A stretch of DNA of 26,006 nucleotides from Promethearchaeota archaeon. Lineage in GTDB: Archaea > Asgardarchaeota > Lokiarchaeia > Sigyniarchaeales > SOKP01. Position numbers and translations under genes: made by a program. Within the stretch, counting starts at the first letter, position 1. Every line of letters starts with the position of its first letter. The DNA is taken from positions 1 through 26,006 of the forward strand of contig JBHLNS010000044.1 of the NCBI GenBank assembly GCA_048941285.1, given 5' to 3'. Of this stretch, positions 17,369-26,006 are shown in pieces. Under the pieces are notes generated by a model. The model was not told the DNA's origin and did no database searches. It was given only the letters and a program-made list of their open reading frames with translations.

Positions 17369-19078
17369 ATTAATGATTTTGAGAAAAACCAAAAAATTGC
17401 ATATTTTTCTATGGAAATTGCCTTAGAAAGTAGTTTACCTATTTATTCTGGAGGTTTAGGAATATTAGCAGGAGATTCACTTCGATCTGCAGCCGATTTG
17501 GGTTTACCAATGGTTGCTGTAACATTAATATATGATGCTGGTTATTTCTATCAGCAAATTGGTTCAAGTGGCGAACAAATTGAAAAAGAAATGGAATGGG
17601 ATTTTGGTGATGATTTTGAAAAAATTGATCAACAAGTAACCCTTGAATTACAGGATAAAATAATTCAAGTTGAAGCTTGGAAATATGAAATTACTGGTAG
17701 AAATGGACAGAAAGTACCTGTAATACTCTTAGATACTGATCTTGATGAAAATCAGCCATGGCAGAGAAAATTAACTCACATGTTATATGATGCAAATCCA
17801 TTTCAGCGAATAGCTCAAGAGATGATTCTTGGTATTTGCGGATATAGAATGTTAGAAAAACTTGGATATAATCATATAAAAACTTATCATCTTAATGAAG
17901 GACATGCAGCGTTTTTAATCTTTGAACTTCTAAAGAAATATAAAAATTTAGAGGAAGTAAAAAAACACTGCGTATTTACAACTCATACTCCTGTAAAGGC
18001 AGGACTCGAGGAATTTAACTATAATTTAGTGAATGATGTCTTTCGAAATCGCCTACCAGATCAAATCCATGAATTTGCGGGCAAAAATGCACTCAATATG
18101 ACTATTCTAGCTTTAAATTCAAGTGGTTATATCAATGCTGTCTCAAAAAAACATGCTGAAGTTTCAAATAAATTGTTTCCGAACTATAGTATTAATAGTA
18201 TAACTAATGGAGTCCATGTAGGATATTGGTTATCTCCTTATATGAGAAATTTTTATAATAACGAATTAACACGAGATTGGCATCATAATTTAAATCTTTT
18301 TGAGGGTGCTTTAGATTTAGATAGTTATGAGTTGTGGAGAGTGCACAATAAAGCGAAGAATCATCTTATTGAATATGAAAAATCACATTCATGGATTTTG
18401 TTTGATAAACGTTTATTAACAATAGGATTTTGCCGCAGAATGGCTGAATATAAACGACCACTTTTGATTTTCAATAATCTTGAACGGTTAGCTAAAGTTA
18501 TAAAAAAGAAAGCACAATTAATATTTGCTGGAAAAGCTCATCCTGCTGATTTGCAATCTAAAAGCTATATTAGAAAGATTTACGAATATAGTAATTACCT
18601 ATGGAATTCATATGGTATAGGTGTTGTATTTTTAGAAAATTATGATATTTCATTGGCGAAATTATTAGTGAGTGGAGTCGATTTATGGCTAAATAACCCT
18701 AGAAGATATTTAGAAGCAAGTGGAACAAGTGGAATGAAAGCGGCTATTAATGGAGTTCTTAATTTTTCCACATTAGATGGATGGTGGATAGAAGGTTATG
18801 ATCTGTCTGATAAAAAGGCAGGATGGACAATAGGTCCTCTTCCCTCTGATCCAAAAGCACTAGATTTTGATGATAATTCTGATGCTGAAGATTTATATAC
18901 TAAATTAGAAAAAGAAATAATACCGCTATTCTATCAAAATAGGAGTGAATGGCAAGAAAGGATGAAATATGCAATAAAATTAGGTGCTTATTTCAATACA
19001 AATCGTATGATGGAGGAATATGCATTGAAATCTTATAAGTTAGTAAGGCAACCATTATGGAAAATTATTACTGATTAA
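17369..19078 (+). CDS. glgP: Alpha-glucan (glycogen/maltodextrin) phosphorylase; start position uncertain
   Basis: YSGGLGILAGD, HLNEGHAA, FTTHTP, ITNGVH, AGKAHP, PLP site EASGTSGMKA. The conserved KIAYFS precedes the ATG at 17411 in frame. Confidence 0.93.
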   Translation: MNDFEKNQKIAYFSMEIALESSLPIYSGGLGILAGDSLRSAADLGLPMVAVTLIYDAGYFYQQIGSSGEQIEKEMEWDFGDDFEKIDQQVTLELQDKIIQVEAWKYEITGRNGQKVPVILLDTDLDENQPWQRKLTHMLYDANPFQRIAQEMILGICGYRMLEKLGYNHIKTYHLNEGHAAFLIFELLKKYKNLEEVKKHCVFTTHTPVKAGLEEFNYNLVNDVFRNRLPDQIHEFAGKNALNMTILALNSSGYINAVSKKHAEVSNKLFPNYSINSITNGVHVGYWLSPYMRNFYNNELTRDWHHNLNLFEGALDLDSYELWRVHNKAKNHLIEYEKSHSWILFDKRLLTIGFCRRMAEYKRPLLIFNNLERLAKVIKKKAQLIFAGKAHPADLQSKSYIRKIYEYSNYLWNSYGIGVVFLENYDISLAKLLVSGVDLWLNNPRRYLEASGTSGMKAAINGVLNFSTLDGWWIEGYDLSDKKAGWTIGPLPSDPKALDFDDNSDAEDLYTKLEKEIIPLFYQNRSEWQERMKYAIKLGAYFNTNRMMEEYALKSYKLVRQPLWKIITD

Positions 19079-19229
19079 TTTCAAATAAATATTTAATAAG
19101 TAACCTTGCTAGTTGAAAAATTAATTCTAAAAATTATTATTATTGGCAATTATATAAGAAATGCAGAGTAAAATTTTTTAATTCCTAAATAGATTCATGT
19201 TTTATTAATAATTTAAAAAAATTTAGTTC

Positions 19230-20480
19230 ATGAAACATATGCAACCAACAAAATTGAAAGATGGTATATATTGGATTGGCGCAAATGTACATACAGAAGA
19301 TTTGTTTGAAGGAATATGGCCAATACCTAATGGTGTAGCTCTTAATTCATATATTATAAAATCTGATAAGATTGCTGTTGTAGAACTCGTAAGAGAATGG
19401 GGTGGTGCGGCTATGACTTTTTTGGAGAATTTAAATTCTCTTTCGATATCGACAAAAGATATCGATTATATTATTCTTAATCATCTTGAACCGGACCATA
19501 CCGGATTTACTTATATTCTTCGATCTATTGCTCCAAAAGCTCAATTTATCACTACAGAAAAGGGTGCTGCTTTATTAGATGCATTCTATGATATAAATGA
19601 TAATATAATTACTGTAAAGTCTGGGGATTCAATAAAACTTGGCAAGAGTAAATCACTAGAGTTTACAGAAATCCCACATGTACATTGGCCTGAAACAATG
19701 ACATCTTTTGAACCAGAATCGAGGATTTTATTTTCTGGGGATGCTTTTGGTGCTTTTGGAGTTCATCAAGGAAGTATTTTTGATGATGAAACCCCTGATG
19801 CAAATAAACCTTATTGGGAAAGTGAGATGTTAAGATATTATGCAAATATCATTGCTATGTTTTCTCCAAATGTGATTAAAGCAATAGAATCATTATCATC
19901 TTTTGATATTGATATGATTGCTCCATCTCATGGTTTAATTTGGCGAAGTAATCCACAAGTAATTATAAATAAGTATCTTCGTTATGCTAATTATAATAAG
20001 AATTTTGCTGAACCTGAAATATGTGTAATATGGGGGAGTATGTATGGAAATACTGAAGCGATGTTAAATGCAATTTTAAAGGGAATTTCAAATGAAGGAG
20101 TTCCAGTTCATGTCCATCGAGTTCCTAATGAAAATGTTTCCTATATCATTGCTGATGCATATCGATCATCAGGATTAGTTATAGGGACACCTACTTATGA
20201 ATATAGTATGTTTCCTCCGATGAAATATCTAATGGAACTTTTGCAAAAAAAACATATTTGGTATAAAAAAATTCTCTTTTTTGGTTCTTATGGATGGAGT
20301 GGTGGAGCTCAAAAAGATTTTGAACGCCTAGCCGAGAATATGCATTGGGATATCTTTGAACCTATCACATTTAAAGGCCATCCTACGCTTGAGCAACTTG
20401 AAAGAGGAGAAAAAATGGGAAAAGAAATTGCGATACAAGTTAAAGAAATTCCATCTAAAATTAAAAATGAAGATTATTAA
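19230..20480 (+). CDS. fprA: Flavodiiron protein (FprA, A-type flavoprotein; O2/NO reductase)
   Basis: Metallo-beta-lactamase diiron ligands HLEPDH, HWPE, SGDAFG, PSHG; flavodoxin domain SMYGNTE, GTPT, FGSYGWSGGA. Confidence 0.95.
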   Translation: MKHMQPTKLKDGIYWIGANVHTEDLFEGIWPIPNGVALNSYIIKSDKIAVVELVREWGGAAMTFLENLNSLSISTKDIDYIILNHLEPDHTGFTYILRSIAPKAQFITTEKGAALLDAFYDINDNIITVKSGDSIKLGKSKSLEFTEIPHVHWPETMTSFEPESRILFSGDAFGAFGVHQGSIFDDETPDANKPYWESEMLRYYANIIAMFSPNVIKAIESLSSFDIDMIAPSHGLIWRSNPQVIINKYLRYANYNKNFAEPEICVIWGSMYGNTEAMLNAILKGISNEGVPVHVHRVPNENVSYIIADAYRSSGLVIGTPTYEYSMFPPMKYLMELLQKKHIWYKKILFFGSYGWSGGAQKDFERLAENMHWDIFEPITFKGHPTLEQLERGEKMGKEIAIQVKEIPSKIKNEDY

Positions 20481-20631
20481 ATCATCTATGAAACAAGCAT
20501 CATTTTTTATTGATAATTAAGTACCCTAGTGCTCTAGAAAAAAATAATTAATCTCAACAAATAATTTGATTAGTACACTAAATGAAAATCTAATTTACTC
20601 AAAAATAAATAAAAAAAATTTTAATGATGTA

Positions 20632-21105
20632 TCATCTAATTATTAAAATATCACATGGAATATGTCTTAAGACTTTCTCTGCAACTGATCCTAGTAATAT
20701 TTCTGCAAAAAGAGAATGAGTTCCTTTACTGCCGATTATAACAAGATCAACGTTTTCTTTTTCTACCATTTTTTTAATATAAGATATGGGATCAAATTCA
20801 TAAACTAATCGAGTTTCTACCTCTATTCCTTGTTCCATAAATATTACTTTAGCTCTATCTATTATTGCTTGAGCATTTTTTTCATATACCTCTTTTATTC
20901 TTTGAATATCTGGACTTGAAATACTGTAGACATGAGGAACCCCATAAGACGGTGCCATAAACATACCACTCGGTTCGGCATGATGTTCTATTGAATGAAA
21001 AACAACCACTTTACTTTTAAATAATTTTTGAAGTTCTATTGTTTTTAACAAAGCTTTATATGAGTGTTCTGATCCATCAATACCAATTAATATTTTCTGA
21101 TAAAT
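20632..21105 (-). CDS. Universal stress protein (UspA family)
   Basis: YQKILIGIDGSEHS N-terminus (upstream of the track's TTG start at 21051), DLVIIGSKG, LLGSVAEKVLRHIPCDILIIR. Confidence 0.93.
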   Translation of the reverse strand: MYQKILIGIDGSEHSYKALLKTIELQKLFKSKVVVFHSIEHHAEPSGMFMAPSYGVPHVYSISSPDIQRIKEVYEKNAQAIIDRAKVIFMEQGIEVETRLVYEFDPISYIKKMVEKENVDLVIIGSKGTHSLFAEILLGSVAEKVLRHIPCDILIIR

Positions 21106-21424
21106 AATAAATCACCTTGGTGAACTTTTACTCTTAAAACTAATAATTATCTATTAAAACGTATTGTCTATAATTTTTAGATAAAATATACAAGCTCTTT
21201 AAATTAACAAGGAGAGATATTTTTTAGCAATATTATACATAGCAGCCTTAATTATTCTATAAATGTTATTATCTAAGAATTATTTGACTTATAGTTTTAA
21301 ATATTTCATGAATTGAAATAACTCAATAAAAATGAAAAGTTATCATTTCTTAATAAATTCAATTTCATCAAAATTAATTTATTAAATACTAAAATTAAAT
21401 CATTAACAGTGAAAAACATAAATC

Positions 21425-22702
21425 TTGGCTATTAAAAAATCTCAAGAGGATATTCCTTCTAATGGGGAAAAATTGTTTAATTATGTGAATAAATTTAGTT
21501 TTCCAAGATTAGCTGGTTCGCAAGGAGAGAAGCAAGCAGTTGATTCTACTATTAAGACCTTCAAAGAGATAGGTTTTAAATCCGATCAAATTAAATCCCA
21601 AGATTTTGAGTTTTCAACATTTTATTCAAAAGCTATGATTAAAATTATTATTCTATTGAATTTAATCTTTGTATCAGTTATTCTTTTGATTAAATTTTTA
21701 TATAGGTTTCTTACCTTTATTGCTATTTTAATTCTAGTACTAATTTTTTTTTCAATGCTTAAAGCATTAAGATATCCCGAGTTAAAAGGATTTTGGGAAA
21801 AATATTTTGGTAAGTTCCTCGAGGCTACAAATGTTTTTATAAAGATTTCCCCTATTAATGAATCTTCAAGAAAAGTTGGAAATATAATCGTTTCAGCCCA
21901 TTTAGATTCAAAATCGCAAACTTTTAAAACATTTTGGAGAGTTATACTTGCCAGAATATGGTTATATAGCGAAATTACTTTATTTTTGTTTTATGCACTA
22001 TTTTTAATAGATTATCATTTAATTATTGAAGATTTTAGTCAATTAATCCTATTATTAGAAATAATTATATTAATAACGACTATTTTAACTGTTATCTCAA
22101 ATTTGTTTTTATTATTTCTTAGAATAGGAAATAATTCTAGAGGATCCTTAGATAATGCTACAGGCATGTCAATTGTATTCGAATTAAGTAATTTTTTTAA
22201 AAATCATCCTTTAAATAACTTCAATTTATGGTTTTGTCAATTTTCAGCTGAAGAGTTGGGAACTATGGGCTCTCGTAAATTTTTAGATATTTATGATGAT
22301 AATTTTACTAAAGATTATACTTATCAAATTAATTTTGATATGATTTCGGTTAAAAATAATGAAAAAAATCATATTGAATATATTAAGTCTTATGGTATTA
22401 TTCCAAGAAAAAAAATTTCACCAATTTTAAGTGAGTATTTTAAAAAAATAGCAAAAACTGAACATATTAATCATAAAGGATTTCATGTTTCACTTGGAGC
22501 TCATACTGATTCCATTCCATTCCATTTAAGAAAATTTGATTCTATAGACATTACTACTAGAGCAGCTGCTAAATATGCTCATAGTTCTGATGATAATCCC
22601 GACAAAGTAGACCCCCAAATTCTTTTCGAGGCTTTCAAGGTTACTAAATTACTTTTAATAATGCTTGATAATAATTTTGAAAAGTTGATTGAATCGGATT
22701 AA
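21425..22702 (+). CDS. M28 family Zn-metallopeptidase with inserted transmembrane segments
   Basis: PRLAGSQGE, SAHLDS, DNATG, SAEELG, NFDM, HTD, AHSSDD: full ligand set; two hydrophobic insertions. Confidence 0.88.
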   Translation: MAIKKSQEDIPSNGEKLFNYVNKFSFPRLAGSQGEKQAVDSTIKTFKEIGFKSDQIKSQDFEFSTFYSKAMIKIIILLNLIFVSVILLIKFLYRFLTFIAILILVLIFFSMLKALRYPELKGFWEKYFGKFLEATNVFIKISPINESSRKVGNIIVSAHLDSKSQTFKTFWRVILARIWLYSEITLFLFYALFLIDYHLIIEDFSQLILLLEIIILITTILTVISNLFLLFLRIGNNSRGSLDNATGMSIVFELSNFFKNHPLNNFNLWFCQFSAEELGTMGSRKFLDIYDDNFTKDYTYQINFDMISVKNNEKNHIEYIKSYGIIPRKKISPILSEYFKKIAKTEHINHKGFHVSLGAHTDSIPFHLRKFDSIDITTRAAAKYAHSSDDNPDKVDPQILFEAFKVTKLLLIMLDNNFEKLIESD

Positions 22703-24441
22703 ACGTGAAGCAACCTAACAATTGAGCCTAATCCAAGAATGGTTGAAACGGCTGAACCAAAAAAAATTTGGATTATTATAAAAGAACTTATCATAACAGA
22801 ACTAAATTTATTAGTTCTTTCATAAATAATTGAGTTCATAACCATAACAGCTAAAAATATCAAATAAGTAACAAGCATTGCACTAATAAGAAATAATGAA
22901 CTAGAAAAATAGAACAAAATAAAAATATTTATCGTTTCCATTAATGAAGTAATGATAGTTTTATTTGAGGCTGATTTTATGAAATTTAGGTTAGGATAAA
23001 TAATTTTTCTATAAAATATTTCCATTGATAAATAAAAAGGATAAATTTCAAAGGTTAAAATATATGATATTAAATTAACTGGAGAAAAAAATGCAAATGG
23101 GTAAGCAAGAGAAAACACTATATATAATAATAAAAATATAGCAGAAGAAAATAAAGAATAAAAAATAACATTTTTTTTTACTTGAGATTTAATCTCATCT
23201 TTTAACCTCAATTTTATATATACATTTACCTTTTCACCTTTAACTTCAGCAGTTATTACATATTTCATTAATATATAGAGAAAATAGATTAAAAGGATCA
23301 CTATGGGAGTAACAAGTAAACTAAGTATTCCGATAAATTTTAACATTGAGATCCAAAGAGTTAGGAAGCCTATAAAGCATAAAACGACTATAATATAATT
23401 TCGTGTATATTGGCGTTTACTTGCAGAATCGTGTTTATTTACTCTTTTATCTATTTTAGAATAATCTTCGATTGAAAAATATTTAAATGCATATTTCATG
23501 ATTGATAATACTGTTAAAAATAAACCTATAAAACTTAATCCTATTAAAATATATGTGGTAACATAAGATAATCTTATAGGACCATTAATATCATTAGAAT
23601 TGAAGAAACTTAGCTCAAACCATTTAATTGTTTCAGAAATTACCTTATCTGAAAATAAATAATGGGCTCCCCCGAATAGAGGGTTATTAATTTCAATTAA
23701 CTCACAATTTGTTAGATTTTTTGCAACTAAAGCATTATCTGTAAATGAAATTGTCGTATCATAAATAGATTGAATAACCATCAAATTATGGGGACTAGTT
23801 TCATTAATAATTTTAGCTGGAATATATTTCATAAATGGATGATCTTCAGAAATTCCAAAAAAGCTTGCAGAAAAATTAACTAAACCTGCCCAGGTTACAG
23901 TTACCTTAAATCTATCGTCCAATGCACTATTCATTAAGGCAACCATACCCCCTAATGAATGCCCAACTATTCCTATTTGAGATCGATTAATATTTGCAAA
24001 AAAGCTCATATGTGATAAAGTATCTAGCAATCTAGAACAGTCTTGCGCAATACAAGGGACATTAGTTCTGTTCATATATGTATTGGAATTTAAATCTAAA
24101 AGATGTCCACCACTTTCCCCATTTCCTCTATAATCTATACTTGCAACATAAAAGCCTCTTTTCGTAAACTCATTTGGGACTCTTGGATCTAAATCTTTTT
24201 GACTTCCTAATCCATGGGCAAATATAATTAATGGTGAATTTGTTTGAAATTCCAATTTTTTAATTGGATGATACAGATTCGCATAAAGATTTGCATTTGA
24301 TGATTTAAATAAAATCCTTTCATAAATCAAATAGCTTTCAGATCTAAACGTAAATAGAAAACTTGTAGAAACCGCAAAAAATATTATTGAAGAGATCAAA
24401 AACCAGTGATGCTTCCATTTTCTTTTTTTTCTTATATCCAT
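22699..24441 (-). CDS. Membrane-anchored alpha/beta hydrolase with multi-TM C-terminal domain
   Basis: N-terminal TM anchor, HGLG oxyanion motif, DYRGNGES, GHSLGG nucleophile, candidate Asp (YDTT) and His (GAHY); about 8 hydrophobic helices C-terminally. Confidence 0.87.
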   Translation of the reverse strand: MDIRKKRKWKHHWFLISSIIFFAVSTSFLFTFRSESYLIYERILFKSSNANLYANLYHPIKKLEFQTNSPLIIFAHGLGSQKDLDPRVPNEFTKRGFYVASIDYRGNGESGGHLLDLNSNTYMNRTNVPCIAQDCSRLLDTLSHMSFFANINRSQIGIVGHSLGGMVALMNSALDDRFKVTVTWAGLVNFSASFFGISEDHPFMKYIPAKIINETSPHNLMVIQSIYDTTISFTDNALVAKNLTNCELIEINNPLFGGAHYLFSDKVISETIKWFELSFFNSNDINGPIRLSYVTTYILIGLSFIGLFLTVLSIMKYAFKYFSIEDYSKIDKRVNKHDSASKRQYTRNYIIVVLCFIGFLTLWISMLKFIGILSLLVTPIVILLIYFLYILMKYVITAEVKGEKVNVYIKLRLKDEIKSQVKKNVIFYSLFSSAIFLLLYIVFSLAYPFAFFSPVNLISYILTFEIYPFYLSMEIFYRKIIYPNLNFIKSASNKTIITSLMETINIFILFYFSSSLFLISAMLVTYLIFLAVMVMNSIIYERTNKFSSVMISSFIIIQIFFGSAVSTILGLGSIVRLLHV

Positions 24442-24817
24442 CTAATCATTTGTTTAGGAGATTTTATTTTATATAATTAAATTTTTACTTGATACTAATA
24501 ATTTTAGCATAGATAATTAGGAAACCTAAGAGAGATTAAAAAATTTGGGATAAAATATGATTATATTTTTTAATATAAGAAATTTCGTAATAAAAATCTG
24601 GGTTTTTAATTAATATTATTTTTAATGTAAAGGGATCAATAAAACTATAATCTGCTTTATTATTTTTTAAAAGAGTTTCAAAATAATAAAATCTTAATTA
24701 AATTCCAACTTAAGCGGATTTATCATAACTTCTACCATCTTTTATAATTTTTTAAGCATTGGTTTAAATATTTAATTTACAGTTTATTTTTAGTAGAAAG
24801 AATTAATGTGAATTTAT

Positions 24818-25273
24818 ATGTATGGGAAAATTTTAGTCGGTATTGATGAATCTCAAGATGCTATGGATGCTGTTAAAGTTGCATTAGAGTTTGGAAAAAA
24901 AGAAAATAGTGAAATTGTAGTTTTTCACTCTGTTATCCATCATTTATCAGAAATAAATCCCGGTATTTCACTCACCGCATCCTCAGGCACTTCAATGTCA
25001 TTATTGATTCACGAGGATTATGTCAATCTTGGAAAAAAGCTTTTAAAAGATGTTGAAAAACTATTTAAAAAGAACAATACAATAGTTGAGACAAGACTAA
25101 TATTAGATATTCCTCCAGAAGAATATATTAAAAATATAACAGAAGAAGAAAACTTTGATTTGGTAATATTAGGATGTAGGGGACACCATTCAAAATTAAA
25201 GCAACTATTTTTAGGAACAGTTCCAAATAAAGCAGTCAATAGTGCTTCATGTGATGTATTAATCGTGAGATAG
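24818..25273 (+). CDS. Universal stress protein (UspA family)
   Basis: MYGKILVGIDES, DLVILGCRG, LFLGTVPNKAVNSASCDVLIVR. Confidence 0.95.
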   Translation: MYGKILVGIDESQDAMDAVKVALEFGKKENSEIVVFHSVIHHLSEINPGISLTASSGTSMSLLIHEDYVNLGKKLLKDVEKLFKKNNTIVETRLILDIPPEEYIKNITEEENFDLVILGCRGHHSKLKQLFLGTVPNKAVNSASCDVLIVR

Positions 25274-25310
25274 ATTAATAATTATTTAGTAAATCTATAA
25301 AATTAATTAT

Positions 25311-25781
25311 TTATTTATTCGCTTTTGGAAAAAACAGTTTTCTTCCTGAATGAACTGCTTCAAATGATTCCTTATATTTTTCAATATCTTCATGAATATC
25401 TGCTAATTCTTCATTTTCCAACATACTATTGAAAATTCCTTTTGTTTGTATATACAATTTAGGAACAAATGTATCAATTTGACTTAATTGATAAGCAAGT
25501 TCTTTAATTGAAGAGAAATCTAGTTTTAAGTTAATTTCTCTCCTTTTAATTCGTTCAATAATTTTCTTTTCGAGTTTTCTTCTAGAAATATTGCTCCATG
25601 TTAATTCATATATGAAATAATTGATACCCTGCACTGTTTCTGTTAAAATAGCAGTTCCTGTAGCAATTGCTATACTACCAGTAACTACATATGCCGTTAG
25701 AGTCCCCAACACTAATGTAAGAGATCGATAGATTAAACTTTTAATTAAACTTTCCTTCCACTCAATTTTTTTAAGCTTCAT
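25311..25781 (-). CDS. DUF2061-like membrane hairpin protein with soluble C-terminal extension
   Basis: SLIKSLIYR...AYVVTGS...YFIYELTW matches the DUF2061 pattern, followed by about 90 charged residues. Confidence 0.7.
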   Translation of the reverse strand: MKLKKIEWKESLIKSLIYRSLTLVLGTLTAYVVTGSIAIATGTAILTETVQGINYFIYELTWSNISRRKLEKKIIERIKRREINLKLDFSSIKELAYQLSQIDTFVPKLYIQTKGIFNSMLENEELADIHEDIEKYKESFEAVHSGRKLFFPKANK

Positions 25782-26006
25782 CTTTATAATTCAATTTTTT
25801 CATATTTTTAGTTGATTTAATATAGATAAATAATTCCCAAATTAAAAAGTTACAAATTTATTTTTCGAATTTCATGTTTATTTAAAGGAATAAATGCTAA
25901 AAAGGAATATCAAATCATTTTTTTATCTATTTTAATACATAAGTGAATTTTTTTAATTCCTTGTAAAAATAAGTCAGAAAATTCAATATAACTTTTTAAA
26001 TGTATT

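Noticed and set aside
22699-22702. Convergent genes sharing a TTAA stop overlap
   Set aside because: Real but common in compact AT-rich genomes.
1-26006. CRISPR arrays, tRNA/rRNA genes, IS elements or proviral genes
   Set aside because: No repeat-spacer pattern, no GC-rich structured RNA segment, and no transposase, integrase or capsid-like ORF was seen.

Overview
Very AT-rich (roughly 27-28% GC by eye), densely coding chromosomal window with archaeal hallmarks: a TFIIB/TFB paralogue, Lrp/AsnC and ArsR regulators, GGTG(A)-type Shine-Dalgarno motifs and an Arf/Rag-like small GTPase with an HKxD G4 box. This combination most resembles an Asgard archaeon (Lokiarchaeia-like); that assignment is inference. 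In order it contains a 3'-truncated DUF47 gene divergent from two tandem VIT1/CCC1-like genes; a 2-hydroxyacyl-CoA dehydratase-type activator plus two subunits; a GCS2-type carboxylate-amine ligase / gamma-glutamylcyclotransferase / class I glutamine amidotransferase triad; a coiled-coil protein; corA; an Lrp-hypothetical-TFB operon divergent from ArsR-small GTPase; hppA with a second, degenerate DUF47; flavodoxin; alpha-glucan phosphorylase; flavodiiron protein FprA; two USPs; a membrane M28 peptidase; a membrane alpha/beta hydrolase; and a DUF2061 protein. I saw no rRNA, tRNA, CRISPR array or mobile element. The best candidate for an undescribed system is the gamma-glutamyl 'write/erase' triad (5931-8535). 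Also notable is evidence for non-canonical (AUU) initiation at a USP gene and possibly glgP. All family calls come from motif recognition, not database searches.
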